Shown here one piece after another: positions 18,694-29,212 of a stretch of DNA of 64,000 bases. Under the pieces are notes generated by a model. That model was not told the origin of the DNA and searched no databases. It saw only the letters and a list, made by a program, of their open reading frames with translations. Source of the DNA: an uncultured delta proteobacterium (GTDB lineage: Bacteria; Desulfobacterota; Desulfobacteria; Desulfobacterales; QNYZ01); assembly GCA_963845145.1 (NCBI GenBank), contig CAWJQU010000005.1, forward strand, positions 288,001 through 352,000, given 5' to 3'. The first letter of the stretch is position 1. Each line of letters begins with the position of its first letter. The translations under genes were made by a program, and so were the position numbers.

Positions 18694-19899
18694 TCAAGTG
18701 GTCGATTGGTTGGGTGTAACCATCAATTTATCAATTTTGTCAATTAATACCCGGCCCATGAGTTGAACGCTTACATCCAACACGCGCTCATCCATATCGA
18801 AGTGGGGTGAATGCAGGGCGTGTTCGAAGCCCCGGGCAGGGTCATGACAGCCAAACGCTACCATGGCGCCGGGCCATTTTTGACAAAAAAAGGAAAAATC
18901 TTCCGCCCCCATGCTTGGACGGCCGGTTCGAACCCCATCTGCGCCGAGAAGGTCTTCGGCACACTTTTTAATGTGATCCACGATCATGTTATCATTGACA
19001 TGTACTGGATAGCCTTCAATATTTTCAAGGGTGGTAGAGACACCAAAACCGAGTTCCAGGCTTTTGACTATCTCTTCAATCCTCTTTATGGCCTGTGCGC
19101 GGACTTCCGGCGACATGGTGCGCAAGGTCCCATTTAAGGTCGCTTCTTCGGGAATAATGTTTTCAGCTGTTCCGGCGTGAAACTCGCCGATGGTCAGTAC
19201 CGCACTATCCAAGGGGTCGAGGGTACGGCTGGTTATCGTCTGGAGTTGGTTGACGAGGTGTGTCCCCGCGATAATGGGATCAATGCAAAGGTGGGGTTCG
19301 GCGCCATGACCGCCCTTCCCCTTGATACGAATCCGGATCGAGTTGGTGGCAGAATGAGCGGTTCCGTAAATGAGTTCTACCCCACCCACAGGTAGTTCGG
19401 GCTTCATATGTCCGGCAAAAATGGCTTTTACGTCATCCTGATCGAAAAGGCCGGTGTCGAGCATTGCCTTGGCGCCGGCGCCACCTTCTTCGGCGGGTTG
19501 AAAGAAGAAAAGAATCTCCCCGTAACCCTTGGTTTGCCAAGATTGCTCTTTCAGCCAACGAATGATGCCAAGGGCTACCGTTACATGGCCGTCGTGGCCG
19601 CAGGCGTGCATAAAACCTTCATGTTTGGATTTATAGGCCACATCATTGGCTTCTTGCAGGGGAAGCGCATCCATATCGGCCCGATAAGCAACTGTAGGGC
19701 CTTTTTTGTCCGCTTTTAACCTCGCTACAATACCAGTTTTACCAATACCATTTTGGTAAGGTATGTCCAATTGGTCCAACACCTCACAAATTTTCGCCGC
19801 TGTTTTTTCTTCCTGGTAGCAAAGTTCAGGGATTTGATGAAGGTCCCGGCGAAGTTCAACCAGCCAGTCGTGAAAGGGCAGTTCAAAAGATATGGGCAT
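18694..19899 (-). CDS. M20D-family amidohydrolase (N-acyl-amino-acid hydrolase-like)
   Basis: RADMDALP, MHACGHDGH, FQPAEEG, GKGGHGA, GAEDF and LHSP motifs; RBS AAAGGAG precedes the ATG at 19899. Confidence 0.92.
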   Translation of the reverse strand: MPISFELPFHDWLVELRRDLHQIPELCYQEEKTAAKICEVLDQLDIPYQNGIGKTGIVARLKADKKGPTVAYRADMDALPLQEANDVAYKSKHEGFMHACGHDGHVTVALGIIRWLKEQSWQTKGYGEILFFFQPAEEGGAGAKAMLDTGLFDQDDVKAIFAGHMKPELPVGGVELIYGTAHSATNSIRIRIKGKGGHGAEPHLCIDPIIAGTHLVNQLQTITSRTLDPLDSAVLTIGEFHAGTAENIIPEEATLNGTLRTMSPEVRAQAIKRIEEIVKSLELGFGVSTTLENIEGYPVHVNDNMIVDHIKKCAEDLLGADGVRTGRPSMGAEDFSFFCQKWPGAMVAFGCHDPARGFEHALHSPHFDMDERVLDVSVQLMGRVLIDKIDKLMVTPNQSTT

Positions 19900-20046
19900 T
19901 GTGGATTCTCCTTTAGTATTAATCATTGTATTTTAATTTAATCATCGCATTAATTCGTCTCCCATTCAATAGAAATGGCATGATTGAAAACGCCTTTGCG
20001 GTAAAAAATTCTGACAATTTTATCCATATCTGCTACACAGTTTCGC

Positions 20047-21219
20047 ATGAAATATAATCTCATTGGCTTTATCATTTTTCTTTCCATTTTTTTTGGTATC
20101 TACGGTGGCTTTCATTATTACGGCTATACTAAATTTAAAGCCGTTTTCAAGCCGGACCTTATTATTCATATTGCTCTAATCGTTTTCCTGGTTTGTATGA
20201 TTTTTTCGCCGATCGCCATACGGATACTGGAAAAAAACGGCAATTTCACGGCGGCCACAATATCCGCCCACTTTGCTTATGGGTGGATGGGGGCCCTTTT
20301 TCTTTTTGTCTCAATCTCATTTGGATTTGATATCTACAAGTGGATCGCCAGGGGGTTGGGTGCTGTATTCCATTTTAACCCGGCGCACATCACACTGTCG
20401 GCTGGATTCACATTGTTGTTTTCGACGGCCTTGACCCTCGGCATTTTGATCTACGGTTTTGGTGAAGCACGAGCAATCCGGGTTGAACGTGTCACGATTG
20501 AAACGAAAAAGGAGAGTCGTTTCAAAGACCGCCTAAGAGTCGTCCAGATAACCGACGTCCATCTGGGCTTAATGGGTGGCGAGGAACGCCTCAATGCCAT
20601 TCTGAAACAGGTTGAAGCTCAATCTCCGGATGTATTGGTTTCCACAGGCGACCTGGTGGATGGGTATATCGCTGACAAAGATAAAGTCATCCATCGTTTT
20701 AGAAAATTACACACACCGCAGGGTAAGTTCGCCGTTGTCGGCAACCATGAATATTACCATGGCCTGGAAGAATCGATATCTTTTACTGAAGCCTGCGGCT
20801 TTACAATGCTGAGGGGAAACCGTGTTGAATTGCCCGGTGGTGTTTGCATTGCCGGTGTGGATGATGAGGGGAGAAATGTTGGGACAGCCGACCAGGGTAC
20901 ATCCGAGTCGGACATGTTAGCCCAATGTACGCCAAAAGGATTTACCCTATTTTTAAAGCATCAACCCCGGATAAAAAAAAATACCCTGGGACAGTTTGAT
21001 CTGATGTTGACCGGCCATGTCCATTCGGGCCAGATCTTTCCCTTTACGCTTATCACTTCCCTGGCGTATGGCTTCAAAAACGGCCTGACCCCCCTGAGCG
21101 GTGGATCATCACTATATTTAAGCCGAGGAACCGGGACATGGGGCCCACCGATCCGATTTCTCGCCCCTCCGGAAATTACGGTCATTGATATCGTGTCACC
21201 AAGCTCGAAATCTCTATAG
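20047..21219 (+). CDS. Membrane-anchored metallophosphoesterase (YkuE/YaeI-like)
   Basis: N-terminal TM helices; TDVH, TGDLVD, GNHE, GHVHSGQ and GTWGPPIR motifs. Confidence 0.9.
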   Translation: MKYNLIGFIIFLSIFFGIYGGFHYYGYTKFKAVFKPDLIIHIALIVFLVCMIFSPIAIRILEKNGNFTAATISAHFAYGWMGALFLFVSISFGFDIYKWIARGLGAVFHFNPAHITLSAGFTLLFSTALTLGILIYGFGEARAIRVERVTIETKKESRFKDRLRVVQITDVHLGLMGGEERLNAILKQVEAQSPDVLVSTGDLVDGYIADKDKVIHRFRKLHTPQGKFAVVGNHEYYHGLEESISFTEACGFTMLRGNRVELPGGVCIAGVDDEGRNVGTADQGTSESDMLAQCTPKGFTLFLKHQPRIKKNTLGQFDLMLTGHVHSGQIFPFTLITSLAYGFKNGLTPLSGGSSLYLSRGTGTWGPPIRFLAPPEITVIDIVSPSSKSL

Positions 21220-21260
21220 CGATCAATATAACCAGACGGCAGATCGGCGGCGGATCTGAA

Positions 21261-21289
21261 TTGACACCGTAACCCGAATTATCTATAAA
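21261..21289 (+). promoter_or_regulatory. sigma70-type promoter of the small acidic protein gene
   Basis: TTGACA-17 nt-TATAAA. Confidence 0.7.
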
Positions 21290-21357
21290 CCATCCTTAAT
21301 AATAAGAGGCTTATTAATAGTTACAAAACTGCTGACGAAAATAAAGGAGGATACCGA

Positions 21358-21558
21358 ATGAGTGCAGAAGAAAAAGAGATGGATCTGGCCACGGCGATAA
21401 AAAAAGCCATTGCGGATTGTGAAATCACCCCCAAAGAGTACGATGAGATTCTGGCTATCGCTAATGCAGACAAATTTATTGACGATCAGGAACAGGCCTT
21501 GTTGGGCCAACTACAACAGCTTATTGCCAATGGGACGGTGAAGCGGGTCGCCAAGTAA
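21358..21558 (+). CDS. Small acidic hypothetical protein (66 aa; repeated D-x-x-I-[T/D]-x-x-E helix-loop-helix units, TerB/EF-hand-like)
   Basis: Strong RBS AAGGAGG, its own promoter, and the units ADCEITPKE / ADKFIDDQE. Confidence 0.75.
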   Translation: MSAEEKEMDLATAIKKAIADCEITPKEYDEILAIANADKFIDDQEQALLGQLQQLIANGTVKRVAK

Positions 21559-21636
21559 GGGTGCCCAACACAAATTGGTGCCTGCTAACGCAGGATAAAT
21601 CCAAATTCTCCTGGTGTAAAACAAATGGGTAGTATT

Positions 21637-21670
21637 GGGGCGTCAGGTTAAAGGACCATGCGCCCCTTTT
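21637..21670. terminator. Probable terminator between convergent genes
   Basis: GGGGCG-TCA-GGT...ACC-ATG-CGCCCC followed by TTTT. Confidence 0.45.
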
Positions 21671-21799
21671 ATTCATGATACTTTTTTCATGATCCCGTCA
21701 TCAGGCTTGTTCGCATCTGTCCTACCTTTGGGTAGCAGGGATCACATTACCGGACACCCCGGCACCCTTATTACCCGGCTGGATGCTGTCGGCCGAAGA

Positions 21800-22969
21800 T
21801 TATTCGATATACTCTTTTATCTCCACTCCCCGTTGGGATAGTTCCTCAATCAGGATGTCGGGATTGACATCCTGAGCCGGTGACCCGACACCACATCCCT
21901 TGATTTCACCTTTCAGGATCATCTGCGCGGCAATACTGGCGGTATACCCAACGGTTCGATTCATGGCGAAAAGCCCGGTTTCAAGATCGCGATAGTCAAT
22001 CAAATCATAGATTATCGATCGGGGGTGGCCGTCCTTTTGGCCCCAGGCATGGACCCTGAGAAAGGCTAAGTCACGTTCATCCTCTTTGTACTGCAGTTTC
22101 GGCGTCAAGTGACGACTGACAAATTCTCTGGGTGCAATCGATACACCTTCCGCCAACTCGAGCGGTTCATCGTTTAGGAAGCCAAGGTGGGCCATGATTC
22201 GCCAAAAGGCACAATGCCCCGGCCAGCGGGTTGTATAGCGGCCCATTTCCTGTAATTCCGAACCCAGGTTAAATGTTTGAATAAACTGGACAGCGTCACC
22301 GTTGGGGTAGGTTTCCATGGTCCCCACACCCGGGACATCGATCGTGCGAACCCAGGCTTCATTAAAAATTTCCAGGCCGGGAATTTGTATTTCCAGGCCG
22401 CCCTTTAGCAGCCGGGCCGGCCGGGTGTAAGCATTCAGGACACCATCAAAGGTCCAGCTGATCTTGTAGTTTAGTGGATTGTCACAGGCGGATGGGGTAG
22501 GGATCCCTGCCCCATAACTGTTTAATCCGTGGACTTCATCCAACATAGCCACGGCCCTGGCGCCGAGAACAAAATCAATCCCCGGGTCGAAGCCCATTTC
22601 CGGTAACAATAAAATATTTTTCTCTTTTGCGAGCGCATCCAGCCCGTCCAATAGACCGGCATAGGTGGTACACACATAGGGAATTTCGGCTTCAATAGAG
22701 CCAAGGGCGGCCTGACGGCTTAGATGTGCAGGTGTCATACAAATCAGGATATTAACGGCGGTATCTTTAATCATTTTCGCCAATATGGCCTGATCCGTGG
22801 CGTCGGTTTCAATCGCCTGTACTTTATTGTGACAGTTATGGCGAAGAAAGTCGCGGGCCTTTGAAAGGTCGATGTCAACCGCCACAATCTCACCAATAAT
22901 CGGGCTTTGGGAAAGATCGTGAATCACGGCCTTACCCTGTAGGCCAACGCCCAGTACCATAGCCTTCAT
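21800..22969 (-). CDS. Saccharopine dehydrogenase / lysine 6-dehydrogenase family oxidoreductase
   Basis: Rossmann motif VLGVGLQG; EMGFDPGID, NPLNYKISW, TTRWPGH and AMNRTVG motifs. Confidence 0.88.
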   Translation of the reverse strand: MKAMVLGVGLQGKAVIHDLSQSPIIGEIVAVDIDLSKARDFLRHNCHNKVQAIETDATDQAILAKMIKDTAVNILICMTPAHLSRQAALGSIEAEIPYVCTTYAGLLDGLDALAKEKNILLLPEMGFDPGIDFVLGARAVAMLDEVHGLNSYGAGIPTPSACDNPLNYKISWTFDGVLNAYTRPARLLKGGLEIQIPGLEIFNEAWVRTIDVPGVGTMETYPNGDAVQFIQTFNLGSELQEMGRYTTRWPGHCAFWRIMAHLGFLNDEPLELAEGVSIAPREFVSRHLTPKLQYKEDERDLAFLRVHAWGQKDGHPRSIIYDLIDYRDLETGLFAMNRTVGYTASIAAQMILKGEIKGCGVGSPAQDVNPDILIEELSQRGVEIKEYIE

Positions 22970-22982
22970 TGGATCTCCTATC

Positions 22983-23966
22983 CTAGTTTTTGGCCAGTTC
23001 TTTAAGGTATGAAATAAGTTTGTTGCGGTCCGTAAAATCGGCGATAACCGTCTCCTTTAAGGACGCCAACTCGTCTTTATAGTGCTGCACCAGAGCCTGA
23101 TGGCGCGTGATAAAACCGCGTAACTTACCGGATCGAAGCCATTTAAGACGGTGTTGCGGCCAAAAAAGGATGATGAGGAGGTCCGGGTTTTTGATGGATT
23201 GTTCGGTTTGTTTAAGTGAAAAGGAAATGGATGGGCAAATATCAAGTAGATGTAAATGGAAATTTTCATGATCACACAGGGCCGCGATGACGTTATGGAG
23301 ATGATTTTGGCGTAATTTTTTCTCCAAGGGGTCATTGTACCGCCGGGCATATTGTTGCAGACAATCGATACAAATATATTGATTCACCGGGTATCGTGCG
23401 ATGTTTTTTAAAAAAAGCCGGCGTCGTTCTTTCAAGGCTTGCCCACCGAATAATTCGTCCAGCGGGTGGTGGAGCAAACTGTTTTGTTTCTCAAACTTGG
23501 GATGATTATCGGCCATAAGGATGTAGGTTGGTTCCGGGTTCACAATAGTATAAGGCCCGAGACTATTCTCGATGGATAGTAGTTGTCCATTCGCCAAAGC
23601 GCTATACAAAGGCGTCATGGCCGTCGAAATCTTGCTTTTTCTAGAGTAGTTGACCAACAAGGGGATATCCGTATCGTCCAATGGCCTTCGGTCAAAAACG
23701 CTTAGTAAATCGTCGACGTCTTTTAGCGTCAATTCCAATGCTACGGATAAAGCCAATAACTTTTCCCGGCGAACATTAATGATGTTCCCTTCTTCCAGGT
23801 CTTTGATATAGGTGTTGGTCAATCCGGATACAGCAGCAATTTGGTTACGAGGGCGCTGGTGTTTTTTGATCAACGAAATAATATAACGTGAAATATACGC
23901 CTTCTTTTTTGCGTCGGAGGAAAAATGGGGCTTATCGGTTAAAGACATTGATGAAAACCTCTCCAT
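22983..23966 (-). CDS. XRE-type HTH transcriptional regulator with uncharacterised C-terminal domain
   Basis: HTH RNQIAAVSGLTNTYIKDLEEG...REKLLALSVAL followed by a ~230-aa C-terminal domain containing CIDC. Confidence 0.7.
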   Translation of the reverse strand: MERFSSMSLTDKPHFSSDAKKKAYISRYIISLIKKHQRPRNQIAAVSGLTNTYIKDLEEGNIINVRREKLLALSVALELTLKDVDDLLSVFDRRPLDDTDIPLLVNYSRKSKISTAMTPLYSALANGQLLSIENSLGPYTIVNPEPTYILMADNHPKFEKQNSLLHHPLDELFGGQALKERRRLFLKNIARYPVNQYICIDCLQQYARRYNDPLEKKLRQNHLHNVIAALCDHENFHLHLLDICPSISFSLKQTEQSIKNPDLLIILFWPQHRLKWLRSGKLRGFITRHQALVQHYKDELASLKETVIADFTDRNKLISYLKELAKN

Positions 23967-24030
23967 TGTAGCCTTGTCTGTTAAAAAATAGGCGGTTTTT
24001 CATTCATTTGATCCAAACGACGATTCCCTT

Positions 24031-25011
24031 TTAAGCTTGCGTGTGCAGATGGCAAGCAACAAAGTAGTCTTCATCCACTTTTTTATAAACAGGTCGAACC
24101 TTTTGACAAATGGGCATGACAGCGGGGCAACGTGGATGAAAATGGCATCCAGGGGGTGGATTTAAAGGGCTGGGCACATCCCCGGGCAACACGTTTTTTC
24201 CCCATGGGATCGTTGCGTCCATGACGGGTACCGCCGACAGCAGTGCTTTGGTGTAGGGATGTTTGGGGGCTTTATAGATTATTTCATAAGGCCCTGACTC
24301 GACAATTTTACCCAAATACATCACTGCGATTCGATCGGATATGTGCTCCACAACCGCTAAGTCATGCGAAATGATAATATACGAAAGCCCCAGTTCGTTT
24401 TGTAAATCAACCAGCAGGTTGATTATTTGTGCTTGAATCGACACGTCCAGCGCTGAAACCGGCTCATCCCCGATGATAAGTGACGGATTTAACGCCAAAG
24501 CCCTGGCAATGCCGATCCTTTGGCGCTGCCCACCGGAAAATTCGTGGGGATAACGGTTGCCGTGTTCCGGAGACAGGCCTACTTTTTCCATCAATTTGGC
24601 GCAACGCGTGGACAAAGCGGATGAAGAGCCCATTTTATGGACCTGCATGGGTTCCGTCAGAATGCTGTTCACCGTCATGCGGGGGTTGAGGGATGAATAT
24701 GGATCCTGGTAAATCATCTGCACCCTGGTTCTTTCCTGGCGCAATTCTTTTTTTGATAAAGCCGACAGATCACGGTCGAAAAAATGAACCTTTCCCCCAG
24801 TGGGGTCGATCAAACGCAGCATGGCCAATGCGGCCGTGGACTTACCGCAACCGCTTTCGCCAACCAAGCCCAGGGTTTCACCTTGCTTAAGCGAGAAGCT
24901 GATGCCATCTACGGCCCGTACCCAGCCAGCCCGACGGTTAAGGATACCTCTGCGTACCGGGTAATATACTTTTAGATCATCAACACGAAGTATCTCAGTC
25001 ATGTTTTTCAA
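24031..25011 (-). CDS. dppF: Peptide ABC transporter ATP-binding protein (DppF/OppF)
   Basis: [24 protein letters not shown] and the C-terminal GCHFHPRC...VACH motif. Confidence 0.92.
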   Translation of the reverse strand: MKNMTEILRVDDLKVYYPVRRGILNRRAGWVRAVDGISFSLKQGETLGLVGESGCGKSTAALAMLRLIDPTGGKVHFFDRDLSALSKKELRQERTRVQMIYQDPYSSLNPRMTVNSILTEPMQVHKMGSSSALSTRCAKLMEKVGLSPEHGNRYPHEFSGGQRQRIGIARALALNPSLIIGDEPVSALDVSIQAQIINLLVDLQNELGLSYIIISHDLAVVEHISDRIAVMYLGKIVESGPYEIIYKAPKHPYTKALLSAVPVMDATIPWGKNVLPGDVPSPLNPPPGCHFHPRCPAVMPICQKVRPVYKKVDEDYFVACHLHTQA

Positions 25012-25067
25012 CCATTTGAAAGGTTGGCTTTATGCTATCCCCCCGCCAGGAGTGGATCATGAAACGA

Positions 25068-26087
25068 TTATTCGACATTGATCTTCTCACCGGGAAAATG
25101 GCATTTGGCTTTGTGCGTTTCCGAAATAGCCTGAGCCTCGGGCATTTTATCCCTACAAATATCACGGGCAATGGGGCAGCGAGGATGAAAAGTACAACCC
25201 GAGGGTAGCTTAAGAAGTGAGGGAATAGAGCCTTTTATCTCTTGTAACCGTGTACGTCCGTGTCGTGCCCTGCGACCGATAACCGGAACTGATTGCAGCA
25301 GGCATTGGGTATACGGGTGGCTGGTCGTATTAAAGATTTCCTTTGCTTGTCCGATTTCCACTATCTTTCCGGCATACATCACGACGATGCGGTGGGCAAT
25401 CTTTGATACCAAGCCCAAGTCGTGCGTGATAAGCAAAATAGCGGACTGAAAATCATTTTGCAGTTTTAAAAGTAAGTCTACAATCTGGGCCTGAATAGTG
25501 ACATCCAACGCCGTCGTTGGTTCGTCCGCGATTAAAAGATCCGGACGACAGGCGAGGGCCATGGCAATCATGACACGCTGTCGCATGCCACCGGAAAGCT
25601 GGTGGGGGTACTCGTAGACTCTTTTTTCAGGCGAGGGAATTTTGACCCGACCGAGAATCTCAATCGCCTGGTTCAAACTTTCGCTTTTGCTTAACCCTTG
25701 ATGTTTGGTTATCACTTCAGCGATCTGGCGGCCGATTCTATGGACAGGGTTCAAGGAGGTCATGGGTTCCTGAAAGATCATAGAAATCCGGTTACCCCGA
25801 ATATGGCGCATCTCCCTGGCTGAAAGGGTCAACAGATCCCGGCCTTTGAAGGTTATCGCACCGGATTTAATGTGACCCGGTGACCGTATCAGGCGAAGGA
25901 GCGACAGGGCGGTGACGCTTTTACCACAACCAGACTCCCCCACCAACCCGACGATTTCATTGGTGTGAATATTAAACGACACCCCGTCCACCGCTGTGGC
26001 CACGCCATCCATGGATTTAAAACAAGTGGTCAGATTTTCGATAACGACCAAAGGGTTTAATCCGGGTAAATGGGGAGCTGCCATCAT
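25068..26087 (-). CDS. dppD: Peptide ABC transporter ATP-binding protein (DppD/OppD)
   Basis: [24 protein letters not shown] and GCTFHPRC motifs. Confidence 0.92.
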   Translation of the reverse strand: MMAAPHLPGLNPLVVIENLTTCFKSMDGVATAVDGVSFNIHTNEIVGLVGESGCGKSVTALSLLRLIRSPGHIKSGAITFKGRDLLTLSAREMRHIRGNRISMIFQEPMTSLNPVHRIGRQIAEVITKHQGLSKSESLNQAIEILGRVKIPSPEKRVYEYPHQLSGGMRQRVMIAMALACRPDLLIADEPTTALDVTIQAQIVDLLLKLQNDFQSAILLITHDLGLVSKIAHRIVVMYAGKIVEIGQAKEIFNTTSHPYTQCLLQSVPVIGRRARHGRTRLQEIKGSIPSLLKLPSGCTFHPRCPIARDICRDKMPEAQAISETHKAKCHFPGEKINVE

Positions 26088-26151
26088 TGTCTCCAGAAGG
26101 CTATCATCCTCGAAATTTATCCAGTAACAACGGGCATCACTGGTGAATATT

Positions 26152-27183
26152 TCAGGTTAGTAAATTGGGCTTCCAACTCTCTTTAAATATCCGCAACAAG
26201 TTGAGGCCCAGAATTTTTTTAATCTCCTCATCGCTATAACCGCGTGCTATCAGGCCTTGGGTTAGAAATGGGTAGTCCTCGATTCCATTAAAATCCGACG
26301 GTTGCCGGTTGTTGGTATCGGGTGGTCGGGCGTTTTTGTCTAGTGGGTCGGTAACCAGATGGTAGGGTAAATCGTTCTCTCCAAACGCGTGATGAGGGTA
26401 AGCACCCATGGTTCCCACGGAGTCGGTTGACGTTCCAACATGATCAATGCCGATGCGTTCGATGACATATTCCAGGCAAACCAGATAATCTTCAAGGGTG
26501 GGCATACCGGCACCTCCTCGATAGATCAGGGGGGCCCAAGTTGTGACACAAACCACTCCGCCGGTATCGGCAATGGCCTGAATTTGATCGTCCGTGATAT
26601 TTCGCGGATTGTCTACGACGGCTTTGGGGTTGGAATGGGATGCAATCACCGGCGCTTTGGCCACTTTTACCGCATCCAAAAAGGTGCGTTCTCCCACATG
26701 GGAAAGGTCGAGGGTGATTCCTATCCGGGCCATCTCGCGCACAAGGACTTTTCCGAACTGACTGATGCCGTCATCGTTTAGCTCCAAGCAGCCGTTTCCC
26801 GCAAGGTTTTTTTCATTATAGGTTAGCTGGCAGACAGACAGCCCCATCTGCTTCCAAAACAACAGGTTGCCCGGATCGGAGCCCAGCATGAGGCTGTTCT
26901 GGGTAGAAAAAATATGGGCCAACCTTCCCTCCTGGTGGGCTTTTTCGATGGCGCCCACGCTGTTGCCAAGACAAAACGACGGCGTATCAGCGATGACCTT
27001 TAAAAAAGCCTTAACTCTGGGGATGGCACCCATCAAATCATCTCCAACATCGGGAACGGTGATACCTGCGGCGGTCAGTCCTGATTTATCCGAACGGTCG
27101 GTCCTTTTGGTTAGATATTGAACGCAGGGGTCGATGATAATCGATTCACGGTGCAATTTTAGTGTTTTCGAACTCAGTTCCAT
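26152..27183 (-). CDS. Membrane dipeptidase (M19, renal-dipeptidase-like) family amidohydrolase
   Basis: QLTYN, DLSHVG, ASHSN, RNITD, HVGTSTD and KILGLN motifs. Confidence 0.85.
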   Translation of the reverse strand: MELSSKTLKLHRESIIIDPCVQYLTKRTDRSDKSGLTAAGITVPDVGDDLMGAIPRVKAFLKVIADTPSFCLGNSVGAIEKAHQEGRLAHIFSTQNSLMLGSDPGNLLFWKQMGLSVCQLTYNEKNLAGNGCLELNDDGISQFGKVLVREMARIGITLDLSHVGERTFLDAVKVAKAPVIASHSNPKAVVDNPRNITDDQIQAIADTGGVVCVTTWAPLIYRGGAGMPTLEDYLVCLEYVIERIGIDHVGTSTDSVGTMGAYPHHAFGENDLPYHLVTDPLDKNARPPDTNNRQPSDFNGIEDYPFLTQGLIARGYSDEEIKKILGLNLLRIFKESWKPNLLT

Positions 27184-27213
27184 TTTAAACGACCTTTAAA
27201 TAAAGTGATTGGT

Positions 27214-28050
27214 TTATTTCCATATGGTATGAGGATCGAGAATATCCCTTAGCCCGTCTCCTAAAAGATTGAATCCCAGCACGGTCACGAAAATCGACAT
27301 ACCGGGAAATACGGCAATCCAGGGTGCGGTAAAAAACTGATCTCTGGCGTTGGAGAGCATGCCACCCCAGCTTGGCATCGGCGGTTGGGCACCTAATCCT
27401 AAAAATGACAATGCCGCTTCAGTTAAAATAGCCGCCCCTACACCCAAGGTACTGATAACCAAAATGGGGCCCAAGATGTTGGGCAGAATATGTCGGATCA
27501 ATATTTTGCTACTTTTATAGCCCATTCCCTTGGCAGCGCTTATATAAGCCAGAGAGCGAACCGAAAGCGTCTGGGATCGGGTAATGCGACATGAGTAAGA
27601 CCAATTGGTCAATCCCATGGCGATATAGAGATTGATTAGCCCGGGCCCCAGCAACCCCATGATAGCCAAGGCGAACACCAATGAGGGTATAGAGAGCATG
27701 ATATTGGTCAGGGCATTAACCAGATCATCCCACAATCCACCGAAATAGCCGGCCGTTAATCCCAAGGTGATGCCGATGATGGAATTGATCAGCTGAGTGA
27801 CCAAACCGATACCCAAGGAGATTCTGCTACCATAAATGACTCGCGATAGAATATCCCTGCCCTGGCTATCTGTGCCGAACCAGAAATTTTTATTGGGAGG
27901 TTCCTCGGCAAACATGAGATCCGCATCCTTATAGGGATGGGTGGGGGCTAAAAAGGGGGCGAAGATGGCTGTAAAAATCAAGATCAACAAAAAAATAGAG
28001 CCCAGGACCAGATTGGTACGTTGCCTGAATTTTTTTAGCGTGTGTTTCAT
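27214..28050 (-). CDS. dppC: Peptide ABC transporter permease (DppC/OppC)
   Basis: FGTDSQGRDILSRVIYG, RHILPN and EAALSFLGLG motifs. Confidence 0.92.
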   Translation of the reverse strand: MKHTLKKFRQRTNLVLGSIFLLILIFTAIFAPFLAPTHPYKDADLMFAEEPPNKNFWFGTDSQGRDILSRVIYGSRISLGIGLVTQLINSIIGITLGLTAGYFGGLWDDLVNALTNIMLSIPSLVFALAIMGLLGPGLINLYIAMGLTNWSYSCRITRSQTLSVRSLAYISAAKGMGYKSSKILIRHILPNILGPILVISTLGVGAAILTEAALSFLGLGAQPPMPSWGGMLSNARDQFFTAPWIAVFPGMSIFVTVLGFNLLGDGLRDILDPHTIWK

Positions 28051-28979
28051 GATTGCACGATTCTCGGATCTATCACCGAATAGAGAATATCAATAATCAG
28101 GTTCACTACTAAAAAGAGGACCACGATTAAAAGGATGCAGCCTTGGGTTATGGGAAGGTCTCGTGCAAAGATCGAATCTACCAACAGTGAGCCGATACCG
28201 GGCCAGGAGAATAATTTTTCAATGATAACCGTGTGTCCGATCATGCTACCGAATTGAAGGCCCACTGTCGTCAGGATTAAAATAAAGGCATTGCGGAAAA
28301 CATGCCGATATAAAACCTCGTATTCCATCAACCCTTTGGAGCGCGCTGTACGGATAAAATCAGCATTCAGGATCTCTACTACAGCCGCACGCGTCGTTCT
28401 GGCAATGAGAGCCATATACCCGATACCCAGGGTTGTGGCGGGTAGAATAATATTGGCCAAGGCCCCATTTCCATAGCCGAAGGTCGGCAGCAAAGCTAGT
28501 TTTACGGAGAGAAAATACATCAACAACAGCCCCAGCCAGAACTGGGGGATCGAAACGCCGGAAATGGCAGTGATCATAAAAAATGAGTCCAACCAGCCGC
28601 CTTGTTTCAGCGCAGAGAAAAACCCAAGGGGAATACCCAAACAGGCGGCAATGGTCATCGCTACCAAGGCAAGCTTGATGGTCGGCCACAAGCGCCCCAT
28701 GATCAGATGATTCACCTTCTCTTTATGCAGATATGAGATTCCTAAATCGCCCTTGGCTAGATTTTTAATATAATTCAAATAACGGATATGGATTGGCTTA
28801 TCCAATCCCATTTCAATTTTAAGTTTACGAACGTACTCCGGATCGGCGGCTTGACGTTGATCCAACGCCATCAAGGCGGCATTGCCGGGTAAAATGTTGA
28901 GCAATATAAACATAATCAGGGTGATGGTCAGAACCGTTGGGATAAATTGAAGCAATCGGCGTATGATAAAAGCATACAT
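28047..28979 (-). CDS. dppB: Peptide ABC transporter permease (DppB/OppB)
   Basis: GDLGIS, RTARSKGL, IEKLFSWPGIG and DPRI motifs. Confidence 0.92.
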   Translation of the reverse strand: MYAFIIRRLLQFIPTVLTITLIMFILLNILPGNAALMALDQRQAADPEYVRKLKIEMGLDKPIHIRYLNYIKNLAKGDLGISYLHKEKVNHLIMGRLWPTIKLALVAMTIAACLGIPLGFFSALKQGGWLDSFFMITAISGVSIPQFWLGLLLMYFLSVKLALLPTFGYGNGALANIILPATTLGIGYMALIARTTRAAVVEILNADFIRTARSKGLMEYEVLYRHVFRNAFILILTTVGLQFGSMIGHTVIIEKLFSWPGIGSLLVDSIFARDLPITQGCILLIVVLFLVVNLIIDILYSVIDPRIVQS

Positions 28980-29152
28980 GATGACGAGTCCCTTGGGCGT
29001 TACTCCGATACGTGTTTAAATCATTTAAAAAGTGGTAAACAGAACCGGCTATCAGAAGCGATATAAAGCGGTTTTACATAAAAGAAAGGCCGGTTTATTT
29101 ATTCAAAACCATACATAGCGTACGACTGTTTCTGATATAAAAAAGCCTATAA

Positions 29153-29195
29153 CCCCCATGGATCCCAATCGGTAAGCACAACCAGACCATGGGGG
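29153..29195 (-). terminator. Stem-loop between the substrate-binding gene and the permeases (attenuating or mRNA-stabilising)
   Basis: Inverted repeat CCCCCATGG ... CCATGGGGG just downstream of the dppA stop. Confidence 0.55.
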
Positions 29196-29212
29196 GTAAG
29201 GTCATGACATCA

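Noticed and set aside
21680..21800. Structured ncRNA downstream of the saccharopine dehydrogenase gene
   Set aside because: Only short hairpins (GATCCC/GGGATC, CTACC/GGTAG) are visible and no recognisable RNA family; an Rfam/Infernal search would be needed.
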